DNA of 64,000 nucleotides. It comes from an uncultured Actinomycetes bacterium. Its GTDB lineage: Bacteria > Actinomycetota > Thermoleophilia > Solirubrobacterales > Solirubrobacteraceae. The DNA lies in the NCBI GenBank assembly GCA_963797015.1, contig CAWCNV010000011.1:4505-68504 (forward strand), given 5' to 3'. The first letter of the stretch is position 1, and each line of letters starts with the position of its first letter. Positions 11,775 through 20,796 of this stretch are shown here, piece after piece. Under the pieces are notes generated by a model that did no database searches, was not told the DNA's origin, and worked only from the letters and a program-made list of their open reading frames with translations. The position numbers and the translations under genes were made by a program.

Positions 11775-12719
11775 TCACCCTGCCAGCCAGCGCGCCGGGT
11801 TCGCGACGAGCATCGTGTCGATCTGGTCGTCGCCGACCCCGCCCTCGCGCAGCGCGGGCAGCACGCCCTCCCACAGGTAGGTGAAGTGCCAGTTGGGCAC
11901 CATCGAGCGCAGCTCCTCGGGGTACCAGTCGATCGTCGCGCACGCGTCCTGGGAGAGCATCATGCGCTCGGCGTGGCCGCGCCGGCACAGCTCGATCACG
12001 GTCGCGTTGCGCTTGTCGTTGGGGAGGATGATGTCGAGGCCGTAGCGGTCCATGCCGATCGACGGTCCGCGGCCCAGCAGCTCCTCGATGTAGCCGAGGT
12101 CGTCGGTGTCGCCGGTGTGGGCGATCTGCACCTTCCCCGGGACTACGCCCTCCTCGTCGAACACGTCCATGATCTCCAGGCCGCGGCGAGTGGCGGGGTG
12201 GGAATGAGCCATGATCGGCCGGCCCGTCCGCTTGCTCGCGCGCGCGCAAGCGCGAAGGACCTTGTCCACGTCCGGCGTGATCCCGGGCTCGTCGACCGCG
12301 CACTTGAGGAACGCCGCCTTCACATCGGTGCCCTGGATGCCCTGCTCGATGTCGTGGGCGAACGCGTCGGCGAGGTAGTCGACCTCGCGGTTCTGGAAGT
12401 GCTGGGGGAGGAACGTGTAGTGCGAGCCGTAGATGCCGGTGCACATCACGAGCTGGATGCCGGTCTCGTCCACCACGCGGCGCGAGAGCTCGACGCTGCG
12501 GCCGAGGTCCATGCACGCGGGGTCGACGATCGTCTTGACGCCCTTGTCCATCGCGTGGCGCACCTGCTGCACCGCGAGCTCATGCTCGCGCTGCTCGTCG
12601 TAGAGATGCGGGAACTGCGCGCGGACCGCCTCGGACGTCGTGCGCAGGTGCTCGTGCACCAGCGTCAGCTCCAGCGAGCCCGAGTCGACCGGACCGGTGA
12701 CCGTCTCGATCTGCGCCAT
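11775..12719 (-). CDS. phosphotriesterase-family (PTE-like lactonase) amidohydrolase
   Basis: 314 aa. N-terminal metal motif TLVHEHL, a FLKCAVDE carboxylated-Lys-like site, and later His/Asp ligands (IMAHSH, IAHTGD, LSQDA). Confidence 0.85.
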   Translation of the reverse strand: MAQIETVTGPVDSGSLELTLVHEHLRTTSEAVRAQFPHLYDEQREHELAVQQVRHAMDKGVKTIVDPACMDLGRSVELSRRVVDETGIQLVMCTGIYGSHYTFLPQHFQNREVDYLADAFAHDIEQGIQGTDVKAAFLKCAVDEPGITPDVDKVLRACARASKRTGRPIMAHSHPATRRGLEIMDVFDEEGVVPGKVQIAHTGDTDDLGYIEELLGRGPSIGMDRYGLDIILPNDKRNATVIELCRRGHAERMMLSQDACATIDWYPEELRSMVPNWHFTYLWEGVLPALREGGVGDDQIDTMLVANPARWLAG

Positions 12720-12744
12720 GCCGTCTCCCTCCTCCTCGAGTGGC

Positions 12745-13593
12745 CTACTGCTCGATCTTGCCCGCCTCGGCGTTGCGGATCACCGTCGCCAGCTTTCGGT
12801 TGCGCATCAGGACCGCGTCCATCGCCGGCTGCAAGGCGCCGCGGATCCGGATCATCGGCATCACCCACGCCGGGGCGCCCACGCGCGCCGAGCGCCGCTC
12901 GATGCCGGCAAGCACGACCTCCGCCGCGCGCTCGACCGTGATCGGCTTCGTCACCCACGAAGGCAGCGCGGCACGCGCCTGGTGGGCCACCTCCTGGCTG
13001 AAGACCTCGCGCGCGAGGTCGGTCTCGATGAAGCCGAGGTAGGCAACGCCTGCGGTCGCGCCGTGGTAGGCGAGCTCGACCCGCAGCGCGCGCGTCAGCT
13101 GCTCGATCCCCGCCTTGCTCGCGGCGTACGACGCGCTCAGCACGCCGTTGAAGAATGCGTAGATCGAGGCCACGACGAGCAGGTGGCCGCGGCGCTGGAC
13201 CACGAACGGGAGCGTGGCCCGCATGGTGCGCCACTGGCCCAGCAGGTCGACGTCGACCGTGTGCTCGAAGGCGGTGGGGTCGATGCTGAGGATCGTGTCC
13301 GACGGCGGCGCGATCCCGGCGTTGGCCACGACCACGTCGATGCCGCCGAAGCGCTCCGCAGTCCCGTCGGCGGCGCTCTGCAATGCGGCGAGATCGGTGA
13401 CGTCGGCCTCGAACGCGCCGGTGCGGTCGCCCAGCGTGCTGGCGAGCTCTTCCACCGTCTCCAGCCGCCGGCCCACCAGGCTGACGTTGGCGCCCCTCGC
13501 GTGGGCCTGGCGCGCGACCTCGGCGCCGAGCCCGCGTGCCGCGCCGGTGACGAACACGACGCGGCCGTCGAGGTCGAGCGGTGAGCGCGGCAC
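12745..13593 (-). CDS. short-chain dehydrogenase/reductase (SDR)
   Basis: GTG start with AGGAG upstream. Contains VFVTGAARGLG, NAGI, and YAASKAG (YxxxK). Confidence 0.88.
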   Translation of the reverse strand: MPRSPLDLDGRVVFVTGAARGLGAEVARQAHARGANVSLVGRRLETVEELASTLGDRTGAFEADVTDLAALQSAADGTAERFGGIDVVVANAGIAPPSDTILSIDPTAFEHTVDVDLLGQWRTMRATLPFVVQRRGHLLVVASIYAFFNGVLSASYAASKAGIEQLTRALRVELAYHGATAGVAYLGFIETDLAREVFSQEVAHQARAALPSWVTKPITVERAAEVVLAGIERRSARVGAPAWVMPMIRIRGALQPAMDAVLMRNRKLATVIRNAEAGKIEQ

Positions 13594-13647
13594 GCGCGAA
13601 TACTCCTATATCGTCACGGCACCGGTCAGAACGGAGGAGGCAGAGAC

Positions 13648-15192
13648 GTGCGCCAGCTCACCGCGCTGGACGAGCAGTTCCTGGCTCTCGAGGGGCCGCG
13701 GCAGTACGGGCACGTGGGCGGCGTGGCGGTGCTCGATCCGTCGACCGCGCCCGGCGGCAAGCTCGACCTCGCCGACCTGCAGTACGTGATCGCCGAGCGG
13801 CTGCCGCTGGTGCCGCCGTTCCGGTGGCGGCTGGTCGAGGTGCCCTTCGACCTCGACTACGGCTACTGGATCGACGACCCCGACTTCGACCTGGATTTCC
13901 ACGTGCGGGAACTCGCCCTGCCCGCGCCGGGCGACGATCAGCAGCTCGGCGAGCAGGTCGCGCGCATCTTCGCGCGACCGCTCGACCGCGCGCGGCCGCT
14001 GTGGGAGATCTACCTGATCCACAACTACCAGGACGACAAGGTCGTGGTGATGACCAAGATCCATCACGCGGTCGTCGACGGCCTGTCGGGCGCCGAGATC
14101 ATGGGCGCGCTGCTCGACCTCTCCCCGGAGGGGCGCGAGCCTCCGCCGCCGCTCAGGGACGCGGGCGACACGCATCCCGGTGACCTCGAGATGCTCGCGC
14201 GCGGGCTGGTGGGCCTGCCGCGCTACCCGCTGCGGCTGCTGCGTTCGGTGCCCAGGGCGCTGCCCAACATCGACGAGGTCCCGTCGCTGGCCGGGATCCC
14301 GGGCCTGAAGGCTGCGGGACGGGTGGCCGAGACCGCGCAGCGGGCGCTCGGCGGCGGTCGCCGGGTGGTGGGCCGCAACGACCTCGTCCCGCCGCGCACG
14401 TCGTTCAACGGGCGCGTCTCGCCGCACCGGCGCTTCGCCTTCGGGCAGCTCTCGCTCGACGAGGTCAAGGCGATCAAGAACGAGTACGGCGCGACGGTCA
14501 ACGACGTCATCGTCTCGATCTGCGCGGGCGCGGTCCGGCGCTGGCTGATCGAGCATCGCGAGCTGCCGGCCGAGCCGCTGGTGGCCCAGATCCCGGTCTC
14601 TGTGCGCAAGGAGGACCAGCAGGGCACCTACGGCAACCGGATCCTGATCATGTCGGCGCCGTTGTTCACGAACGAGGCCGATCCGGTGAAGCGCCTCGAG
14701 CTCCACCACGAGGCGCTGCTCGAGATGAAGGAGCGCCACAAGGCGCTTCCGGCCGAGCTGCTCCAGGACGCCAACCAGTTCGTCCCGCCCGCGGTCTTCT
14801 CGCGCGCCGCGCGGCTCAGCTTCACGCTCGCGTCCAGCGGACGCGGCCGGCCCGCCTGGAACCTCGTGATCTCGAACGTGCCGGGTCCGCAGCTCCCGCT
14901 CTATTTGGCAGGCGCCAAGCTCGAGGCCAACTACCCCGTGTCCGTGGTGACCGACGGCCTCGGGCTCAACATCACGGCAATGAGCTATTGCGGCCACCTG
15001 GACTTCGGGATCGTCGCCGACCGCGAGCAGGTGCCCGACCTGTGGTCGCTCATCGACTGGCTGCGAGACGAGGTCGAGGAGCTGCGGCCGGCGCGCGCGG
15101 CGAAGGCGCAGTCGCCGGGGAACGGCAAGGCCGACGGCAGGACCGACGGCAAGGCCGCCTCGGGCAGGACAACGGCCGGACGCGATGGCTGA
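13648..15192 (+). CDS. wax ester synthase / diacylglycerol O-acyltransferase (WS/DGAT)
   Basis: 514 aa, GTG start after GGAGGAGG. Catalytic motif HHAVVDGLSG (HHxxxDG). Typical WS/DGAT N-terminus LTALDEQFL. Confidence 0.9.
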   Translation: MRQLTALDEQFLALEGPRQYGHVGGVAVLDPSTAPGGKLDLADLQYVIAERLPLVPPFRWRLVEVPFDLDYGYWIDDPDFDLDFHVRELALPAPGDDQQLGEQVARIFARPLDRARPLWEIYLIHNYQDDKVVVMTKIHHAVVDGLSGAEIMGALLDLSPEGREPPPPLRDAGDTHPGDLEMLARGLVGLPRYPLRLLRSVPRALPNIDEVPSLAGIPGLKAAGRVAETAQRALGGGRRVVGRNDLVPPRTSFNGRVSPHRRFAFGQLSLDEVKAIKNEYGATVNDVIVSICAGAVRRWLIEHRELPAEPLVAQIPVSVRKEDQQGTYGNRILIMSAPLFTNEADPVKRLELHHEALLEMKERHKALPAELLQDANQFVPPAVFSRAARLSFTLASSGRGRPAWNLVISNVPGPQLPLYLAGAKLEANYPVSVVTDGLGLNITAMSYCGHLDFGIVADREQVPDLWSLIDWLRDEVEELRPARAAKAQSPGNGKADGRTDGKAASGRTTAGRDG

Positions 15193-16081
15193 GCAGCTCC
15201 GCGACGTCGGCGGCGGGATCACGCTCTGCTACGAGACCTTCGGCGACCCGTCCGACCCGCCTGTGCTGCTGGTCATGGGGCTGGGCATGCAGATGATCGG
15301 CTGGGCGGATCAGTTCTGCGAGCGGCTCGCGGACCGCGGCTTCCACGTCGTGCGCTTCGACAACCGCGACGCCGGCCGCTCCACCCACATCGACGGGCGG
15401 CCGCCGACCGTCGGCCAGCTCGCGCGGCGACGGATCCGGCCGGTCCACTACGCGCTGTCCGACATGGCGGGCGACGCCGCGGGGCTCATCCGCGCTCTCG
15501 AGCTGGGCCCGGTGCACGTCGTCGGCGTGTCGATGGGCGGGATGATCGCCCAGACGCTCGCGGTCCGACATCCGGAGCTGGTTCGCTCGCTGGTCTCGAT
15601 CATGTCCACCACGGGGAACCGCTGGAAGGGCCAGCCGGCGCTCGGGCTGATGCGCTTCCTGCTGCGCCAGGCACCGGGCGAGCGCGAGGCCTATATCGAG
15701 CACATGACGCGCGTGTTCGCGGCGATCGGCTCGACCGGCCTGCCCCAGGACACCGAGCGCGTGCGCGAGCTCGCCGCGCGCAGCTACGACCGCGACCACG
15801 ACGAGGCGGGGACCGGCCGCCAGCTCGGGGCGATCATCGCCTCGGGCGACCGCACGGCGGAGCTGCGCGGGATCGTCGCCCCGACGCTGGTCGTGCACGG
15901 GACCAGCGACCGCCTCGTGCGTCCCTCCGGCGGCGTCGCGACGGCGCGCGCCATCCCGGGCGCGCGGCTGATGATGATCGAGGGCATGGGCCACGACCTC
16001 CCCGAGGCGGCGTGGCCGCAACTGATCGAAGCGATCACCGAGCACGCGCGCGAAGCCGGCCGCGTGCCCGCTGTGGCCTAG
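15185..16081 (+). CDS. alpha/beta hydrolase
   Basis: 298 aa. Nucleophile elbow VGVSMGGMIA and C-terminal GMGHDLP. 8-nt overlap with the WS/DGAT stop. Confidence 0.85.
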   Translation: MAEQLRDVGGGITLCYETFGDPSDPPVLLVMGLGMQMIGWADQFCERLADRGFHVVRFDNRDAGRSTHIDGRPPTVGQLARRRIRPVHYALSDMAGDAAGLIRALELGPVHVVGVSMGGMIAQTLAVRHPELVRSLVSIMSTTGNRWKGQPALGLMRFLLRQAPGEREAYIEHMTRVFAAIGSTGLPQDTERVRELAARSYDRDHDEAGTGRQLGAIIASGDRTAELRGIVAPTLVVHGTSDRLVRPSGGVATARAIPGARLMMIEGMGHDLPEAAWPQLIEAITEHAREAGRVPAVA

Positions 16082-16083
16082 CG

Positions 16084-16938
16084 GTGAGCCTTTCCGACGG
16101 AGCGGTCGTCGCGGTCACGGGCGGAGCCCGTGGCATCGGGCTCGCGACAGCCCGCGCCCTGGCGGAGCGTGGCGCGCGCGTGTGGATCGGGGACCTCGAC
16201 GGCGAGCTGGCCGAGCGCGAGGCAGCCGCGTTGGGCGCGCACGGCGCGCGGCTCGACGTCACCGACCGCGCCTCGTTCGCCGCCTTCCTAGACGCGGCCC
16301 GCAGCGAGCACGGCCCGCTCGACGCGCTGGTTAACAACGCCGGCGTGATGCCCTTCGGCGCGTTCCTCGACCAGCCCGACGAGACCACCGAGCTGGCCCT
16401 GGACGTCAACCTGCGCGGCGTGATCCTGGGCATGAAGCTCGCGCTCTCAGAGATGGTCGAGCGCGGACGCGGGCACGTCGTCAACGTCGCCTCGCTGGCG
16501 GCCCGCCTGCCGGTCCCCGGCGCCGCCGTCTACTCGGGCACCAAGGCGGCGGTGGTGGCGATGACCGACGCGGTCCGGCGCGAGCTGGCCGGCACCGGCG
16601 TCGCGCTGACGTGCGTGCTGCCGGGGATGGTGCGCACCGAGCTCTCGAGCGGCGCGCCCGAGGGGCGGGGCGTGAGCGCGATAGAGCCCGCGGCGGTGGC
16701 CGCGGGCGTCGTCCGCGCGCTGGACGGCCGCGGCGGCACGGTCGTGCTCCCGCGGCTGCTCGACCCGGTGTCGCGCGGCGCGCCGCTGCTGCCGGGCCAG
16801 CTCGAGCGGCTCGTGCGGCGCACGGTCGGCGACGACCGCATCCTCACCCGCCTCGACACCGAAGCGCGCGCGGGCTACGCCGAGCGCCTCGGCCGCCAGG
16901 CCGCAACCACGAAATCTCAGACCGGGAGGCAGACATGA
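16084..16938 (+). CDS. short-chain dehydrogenase/reductase (SDR)
   Basis: GTG at 16084, 3 nt after the preceding stop. Contains VVAVTGGARGIG, NNAGV, YSGTKAA. Paralogous to the SDR at 23135. Confidence 0.85.
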   Translation: MSLSDGAVVAVTGGARGIGLATARALAERGARVWIGDLDGELAEREAAALGAHGARLDVTDRASFAAFLDAARSEHGPLDALVNNAGVMPFGAFLDQPDETTELALDVNLRGVILGMKLALSEMVERGRGHVVNVASLAARLPVPGAAVYSGTKAAVVAMTDAVRRELAGTGVALTCVLPGMVRTELSSGAPEGRGVSAIEPAAVAAGVVRALDGRGGTVVLPRLLDPVSRGAPLLPGQLERLVRRTVGDDRILTRLDTEARAGYAERLGRQAATTKSQTGRQT

Positions 16939-17528
16939 GCACCACGACAGCCGGATCCACCACGACCCGCACGCCCTCGCAGGAGGAGACCTGGGAGCGC
17001 TTCAAGGAGCTGGGCCGCAGGCGCGACTTCGAAGCGCTCGAGAAGCTGTTCGCGTCGGGCACCGCGCCCAGGGGACTGGACGGCCCGACGGACGGGATCC
17101 TCGTCGCGCCGATGATCCAGGGCGCGGTCGACCGCGCTTTCAGCCTGATCACCAGCGGCTGGATGCCGTGGCTGGGCAAGAGCTTCGACGCCGCCCGGGA
17201 GCGAGGGACGAACCTGCTCGCCGGCTCGGCTCGCTGGCCGGCGCGCGCGCTTTGGCCGCGCTACGAGACGCGTCCCAGGGGCGACTCGCTCGAGGCGTTC
17301 GACTTCCAGACCCGTGTCGCCCCGGGCGCGATCGAGCCCTCGGTCGACGTGCTCAAGATCGACTACGGCCCCGTGCCCGACAACCCCGGCCTGATCATCC
17401 GCTCGATCCTCGACGAGCTCGTCGAGATCGTGCCCGACACCTACCTGGGCCGCATCCTCTGGCGCCAGGAAGGCAACCGCTTCGCGAACATCGGCTACTT
17501 CGCGCTCAGGCAGCCGGCGGACGGCTGA
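16935..17528 (+). CDS. hypothetical protein (conserved-looking, family not recognised)
   Basis: 197 aa from MSTTTAGSTTTRT. ATGA overlap with the SDR stop. GC3 is high and the composition is globular (WLGKSFDAARERG, YLGRILWRQEGN...GYFALRQ). Confidence 0.6.
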   Translation: MSTTTAGSTTTRTPSQEETWERFKELGRRRDFEALEKLFASGTAPRGLDGPTDGILVAPMIQGAVDRAFSLITSGWMPWLGKSFDAARERGTNLLAGSARWPARALWPRYETRPRGDSLEAFDFQTRVAPGAIEPSVDVLKIDYGPVPDNPGLIIRSILDELVEIVPDTYLGRILWRQEGNRFANIGYFALRQPADG

Positions 17529-20083
17529 GCCGAGCGCGCCTCCACCCGGCCTGCGCGGCGCTTGCGATCGGGCTCGCGGCGTCGTGCGCTTCGGCGCCGG
17601 CCCTGGGCTCCTACCAGCCCAAGGCGCCTCCCGTTCCGACGCCCTGGACGGCGAAGGTCTCGCGGACGGCGCCCCTGCCCGAGTACCCGCGGCCGCAGCT
17701 GCGGCGGCGCGAATGGAAGAGCCTGAACGGGCAGTGGGAGTTCTCGGCGGCGTCCGAGGGCGAGGCGCCGCCGTTCGGGCGTGCGCTGGACGAGACGATC
17801 CTCGTGCCCTACCCGATGCAGTCCGCGCTGTCGGGGATCAAGCGCCAGGTGCAGCGCTCGTGGTACCGGCGCACGTTCAGGGTGCCGAAGTCGTGGCGCG
17901 GAAAACGCGTGCTGCTCAACTTCGGCGCGGTCACGTTCGAGGCCACCGTGTACGTGAACGGGCGGCTGGTCGGGGCGCACCGCGGCTCCTACGACGCGTT
18001 CTCGTTCGACATCACGAGCGCGCTGCGCCCGTCGGGCCCGAACGAGCTGATCGTCGGCGTCCACGACCCGCTCGCCACCGGCGGCGGCCAGCCGGTCGGC
18101 AAGCAGTTCGTCAACGAGGTGTCGGTGCTGCACACGGCTTCGAGCGGGATCTGGCAGACGGTGTGGCTCGAGCCGGTCGGCGCCGCGCACCTGACGCGAC
18201 TGGACCAGACCCCGGATCTGCGCCGCGCCCGCCTGCTCGTGACTCCCCGCGTGAGCGGCGGCAGGGACGTCACGGTCATGCTGCGCGCGCGCGACGGCAG
18301 GCGCGTCGTCGGGCGGGCGACGGGCCGCCCGGGCAGGCCGATCGCGCTGCCCGTCCCGCGGCCGAAGCTGTGGTCGCCCGAGCGCCCGTTCCTGTACCGC
18401 CTCGACGCCGAGCTGCTCCGCGCCGGGAAGATCGTCGACCGCGCGAAGTCGTACTTCGGCATGCGCTCGATCGCGGTCAGGCGGGTCGGCGGCGTGGCAC
18501 GGATCGTGCTCAACGGGCGCTTCGTGTTCCAGATCGGGCCGCTCGACCAGGGCTACTGGCCCGACGGGCTCTACACCGCGCCGACCGACGCCGCCCTGCG
18601 CTTCGACATCGCCGAGACCAAGCGCCTGGGCTTCAACATGACGCGCAAGCACGTCAAGGTCGAGCCCCAGCGCTGGTACTACTGGGCCGACCGTCTCGGG
18701 CTGCTGGTGTGGCAGGACATGCCCAACATGCCGATCTTCCGCCGGGTGGCGCCGCCGGACGAGGTCGAGTTCGAGCGCGAGCTGCGGGCGATGATCGAGC
18801 AGCACCGCTCGAGTCCGGCGATCGTGGCATGGACCCCGTTCAACGAGGGCTGGGGCCAGTTCTCGGTGCCGCGCATCACGCGCTTGGCCAAGCGGCTCGA
18901 TCGCTCGCGGCTGGTCAACGGGCAGAGCGGCGGCGCCAACTGCTGCCTGGCCCGCGAGCCCGCCGACAGCGACGTCCGCGACGGTCACATCTACGCCGGC
19001 CCGCTCGCGCCGCCGCCCGACCGCCGGGCGTCGGTGATCGGCGAGTTCTCGGGCTGCAACGATCGCCGCGCCGCGGGTGAGCAGGCGCCGCCGTTCGGTG
19101 GCAGCTTCGGCACGGCGGGCTCGCGCGCGAACCGGGGCGTCCTGCGGCGCGACTGGGACGCGCTGCGGCAACAGATGCGCGCGCCGGGCCTGTCGGGCGC
19201 CGTCTACACCCAGTACGCCAACCTCGAGCACGAAGTCGGGGTCGGACTGCTCTCCTACGATCGGCGCCACCTGAAGTGCGGCGCGGAGCTCCTGCCTAAG
19301 CTCAATCGTGCTCTGATCGCCGCCTCCCGCCGCGTCGCCGACCTGCGTCCGCAGACGGGCGCGGTCCCTGCCGGCACGCGCGCGCTGTGGACCTTCGACG
19401 AGGGCCGCGGCACGGTGGCGCGCGACGCCGTCAGCAGCGGCCCTGACCTGGCCCTGCAGGGCGGCGCCGCGTGGGCCCGCGGCAACCGCGGCAGCGGGCT
19501 TGCCCTTGCGGGCTCCGGCCAGCGCGCGGTCGCGGGCCAGCCGGTCGTGGACACCCGCCGCAGCTACACCGTCTCGGCCTGGCTGCGCTTCGCCGCGCCG
19601 GCGCGCTCGGCCTCCGCCGTGAGCCAGGGCAACGGCTTCTCGCTGGGGTTGCGGGTGGCGAACGACCGTCCCGATCTCGACCCGGCCTACACCGTCGAGG
19701 GGATTCCGGGGCCCTTCCCCCAGCCGAAATGGAGCTTCGCCGTGCCCGCCACGGCGAGCTGTGGGGAGCCGGCATGCGCCGTGCGCGCCAACCAGGGCTA
19801 CGGCGACGCGCGCATCGACCCCCGCGCGGGTCGCTGGTACCAGGTGGTCGGCGTGTACGACCGCTCCCAGCGCACCGCGGGGGTCTACGTCGACGGGCTG
19901 CCGATCGACAGCCGCATCGCGCTCCGGGCGGTCGCGGCCGCCGCGCCGTTCACGCTCGGCACGGGCACGCTGGGCGCCGATGGGCCCGACTCCTTCGCCG
20001 GCCGGATCGATCAGGTGCGCGTCTACGGACGCGCGCTCAGCCCGGGCGAGGTCTGGCGCCTCTACCGGGCGGAGAAGGCCTGA
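17525..20083 (+). CDS. secreted glycoside hydrolase family 2-like enzyme with a C-terminal LamG/concanavalin-like domain
   Basis: GH2-like N-terminus (PEYPRPQLRR..W.SLNGQWEF, FEATVYVNG..VG.HRGSYDAF.FDIT, WQDMP, W.PFNEGWGQ). The C-terminal 260 aa or so resemble Laminin_G_3 (FAGRIDQVRVYGRALSPGEV). Signal-like SRARLHPACAALAIGLAASCASA. The only in-frame start candidate is CTG at 17525, so the start is uncertain. Confidence 0.75.
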   Translation: MSRARLHPACAALAIGLAASCASAPALGSYQPKAPPVPTPWTAKVSRTAPLPEYPRPQLRRREWKSLNGQWEFSAASEGEAPPFGRALDETILVPYPMQSALSGIKRQVQRSWYRRTFRVPKSWRGKRVLLNFGAVTFEATVYVNGRLVGAHRGSYDAFSFDITSALRPSGPNELIVGVHDPLATGGGQPVGKQFVNEVSVLHTASSGIWQTVWLEPVGAAHLTRLDQTPDLRRARLLVTPRVSGGRDVTVMLRARDGRRVVGRATGRPGRPIALPVPRPKLWSPERPFLYRLDAELLRAGKIVDRAKSYFGMRSIAVRRVGGVARIVLNGRFVFQIGPLDQGYWPDGLYTAPTDAALRFDIAETKRLGFNMTRKHVKVEPQRWYYWADRLGLLVWQDMPNMPIFRRVAPPDEVEFERELRAMIEQHRSSPAIVAWTPFNEGWGQFSVPRITRLAKRLDRSRLVNGQSGGANCCLAREPADSDVRDGHIYAGPLAPPPDRRASVIGEFSGCNDRRAAGEQAPPFGGSFGTAGSRANRGVLRRDWDALRQQMRAPGLSGAVYTQYANLEHEVGVGLLSYDRRHLKCGAELLPKLNRALIAASRRVADLRPQTGAVPAGTRALWTFDEGRGTVARDAVSSGPDLALQGGAAWARGNRGSGLALAGSGQRAVAGQPVVDTRRSYTVSAWLRFAAPARSASAVSQGNGFSLGLRVANDRPDLDPAYTVEGIPGPFPQPKWSFAVPATASCGEPACAVRANQGYGDARIDPRAGRWYQVVGVYDRSQRTAGVYVDGLPIDSRIALRAVAAAAPFTLGTGTLGADGPDSFAGRIDQVRVYGRALSPGEVWRLYRAEKA

Positions 20084-20086
20084 GTC

Positions 20087-20716
20087 TCAGCGCACCGCGG
20101 CCACGTAGAGGTGCGTCAGCTCGGCGATCAGGAGCTGGCGCGGCGGGCGCTTGGAAGCTGCGAGCCAGTCGATCAGGAGCTCGTTGGTGGCCCCGACCAG
20201 GCCCATGGCCAGCAGCTCGGACATTGGGCGCCGCGCCAGGCCGAGGTCGTGCAGGCGCGCGGTCTCGCTCGCGGTGACGCGCGCGAAGGCGCGCATCACC
20301 TCGCGCCGATGGCGTTCCAGCTCGCTCGAGATGCCGACCACCTCGACGAGCTGCACGCGCGCCGCGCGCTCGTCGGAGGTTACGTGCTGGACCGATGCCT
20401 TGACCGCACCGCCCACGTGCGACTCGAGGTCGCGCGGCTCGCGGCGCACGGCGGTCATGATGCTGCCCGCGAGGCGCTGGACCACGCCGTCGTAGACCGC
20501 CCGGAAGAGGTCCTCCTTGCCATCGAAGTGGCGGTAGAAGGAGTGCGTGCCCACGCCTGCGTCGGCGCAGATCGACTCGATCGCGCTGCGCGTGTAGCCG
20601 ACGGTGCCGAAGACCTCGAGACCCGTGTCGAGCAGCCGCGCGCGGCGCGCAGCTCCGCGCTCCTCGGATGGTCCTCGCCGGGTCGAGCGGTGGGCGATCG
20701 CGGGAGAGGCGCTCAC
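20087..20716 (-). CDS. TetR-family transcriptional regulator
   Basis: 209 aa. N-terminal HTH: RRARLLDTGLEVFGTVGYTRSAIESICADAGVGTHSFYRHF. Divergent from the FMO gene. Confidence 0.88.
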   Translation of the reverse strand: MSASPAIAHRSTRRGPSEERGAARRARLLDTGLEVFGTVGYTRSAIESICADAGVGTHSFYRHFDGKEDLFRAVYDGVVQRLAGSIMTAVRREPRDLESHVGGAVKASVQHVTSDERAARVQLVEVVGISSELERHRREVMRAFARVTASETARLHDLGLARRPMSELLAMGLVGATNELLIDWLAASKRPPRQLLIAELTHLYVAAVR

Positions 20717-20796
20717 GGGCCGGGAGCGTAGCCGTCCATCCGGTTGCGGGTAGGTTCCCCTCAGCGGTACACGCGCGACAAGAGGAGGTCTGAATC

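Noticed and set aside
17495-19270. 591-aa antisense ORF and 498-aa alternate-frame ORF across the GH2 gene. Similar cases lie across the MopB gene (58365..60314 +, 58396..60681 -) and the GMC/FMO/GH3 genes.
   Set aside because: Shadow frames with extreme Arg/Pro/Gly content and no domain signatures.
20717-20796. TetR operator palindrome in the TetR/FMO divergent intergenic region
   Set aside because: I found no convincing inverted repeat by eye. Only the SD (AGAGGAGG) of the FMO gene is evident.
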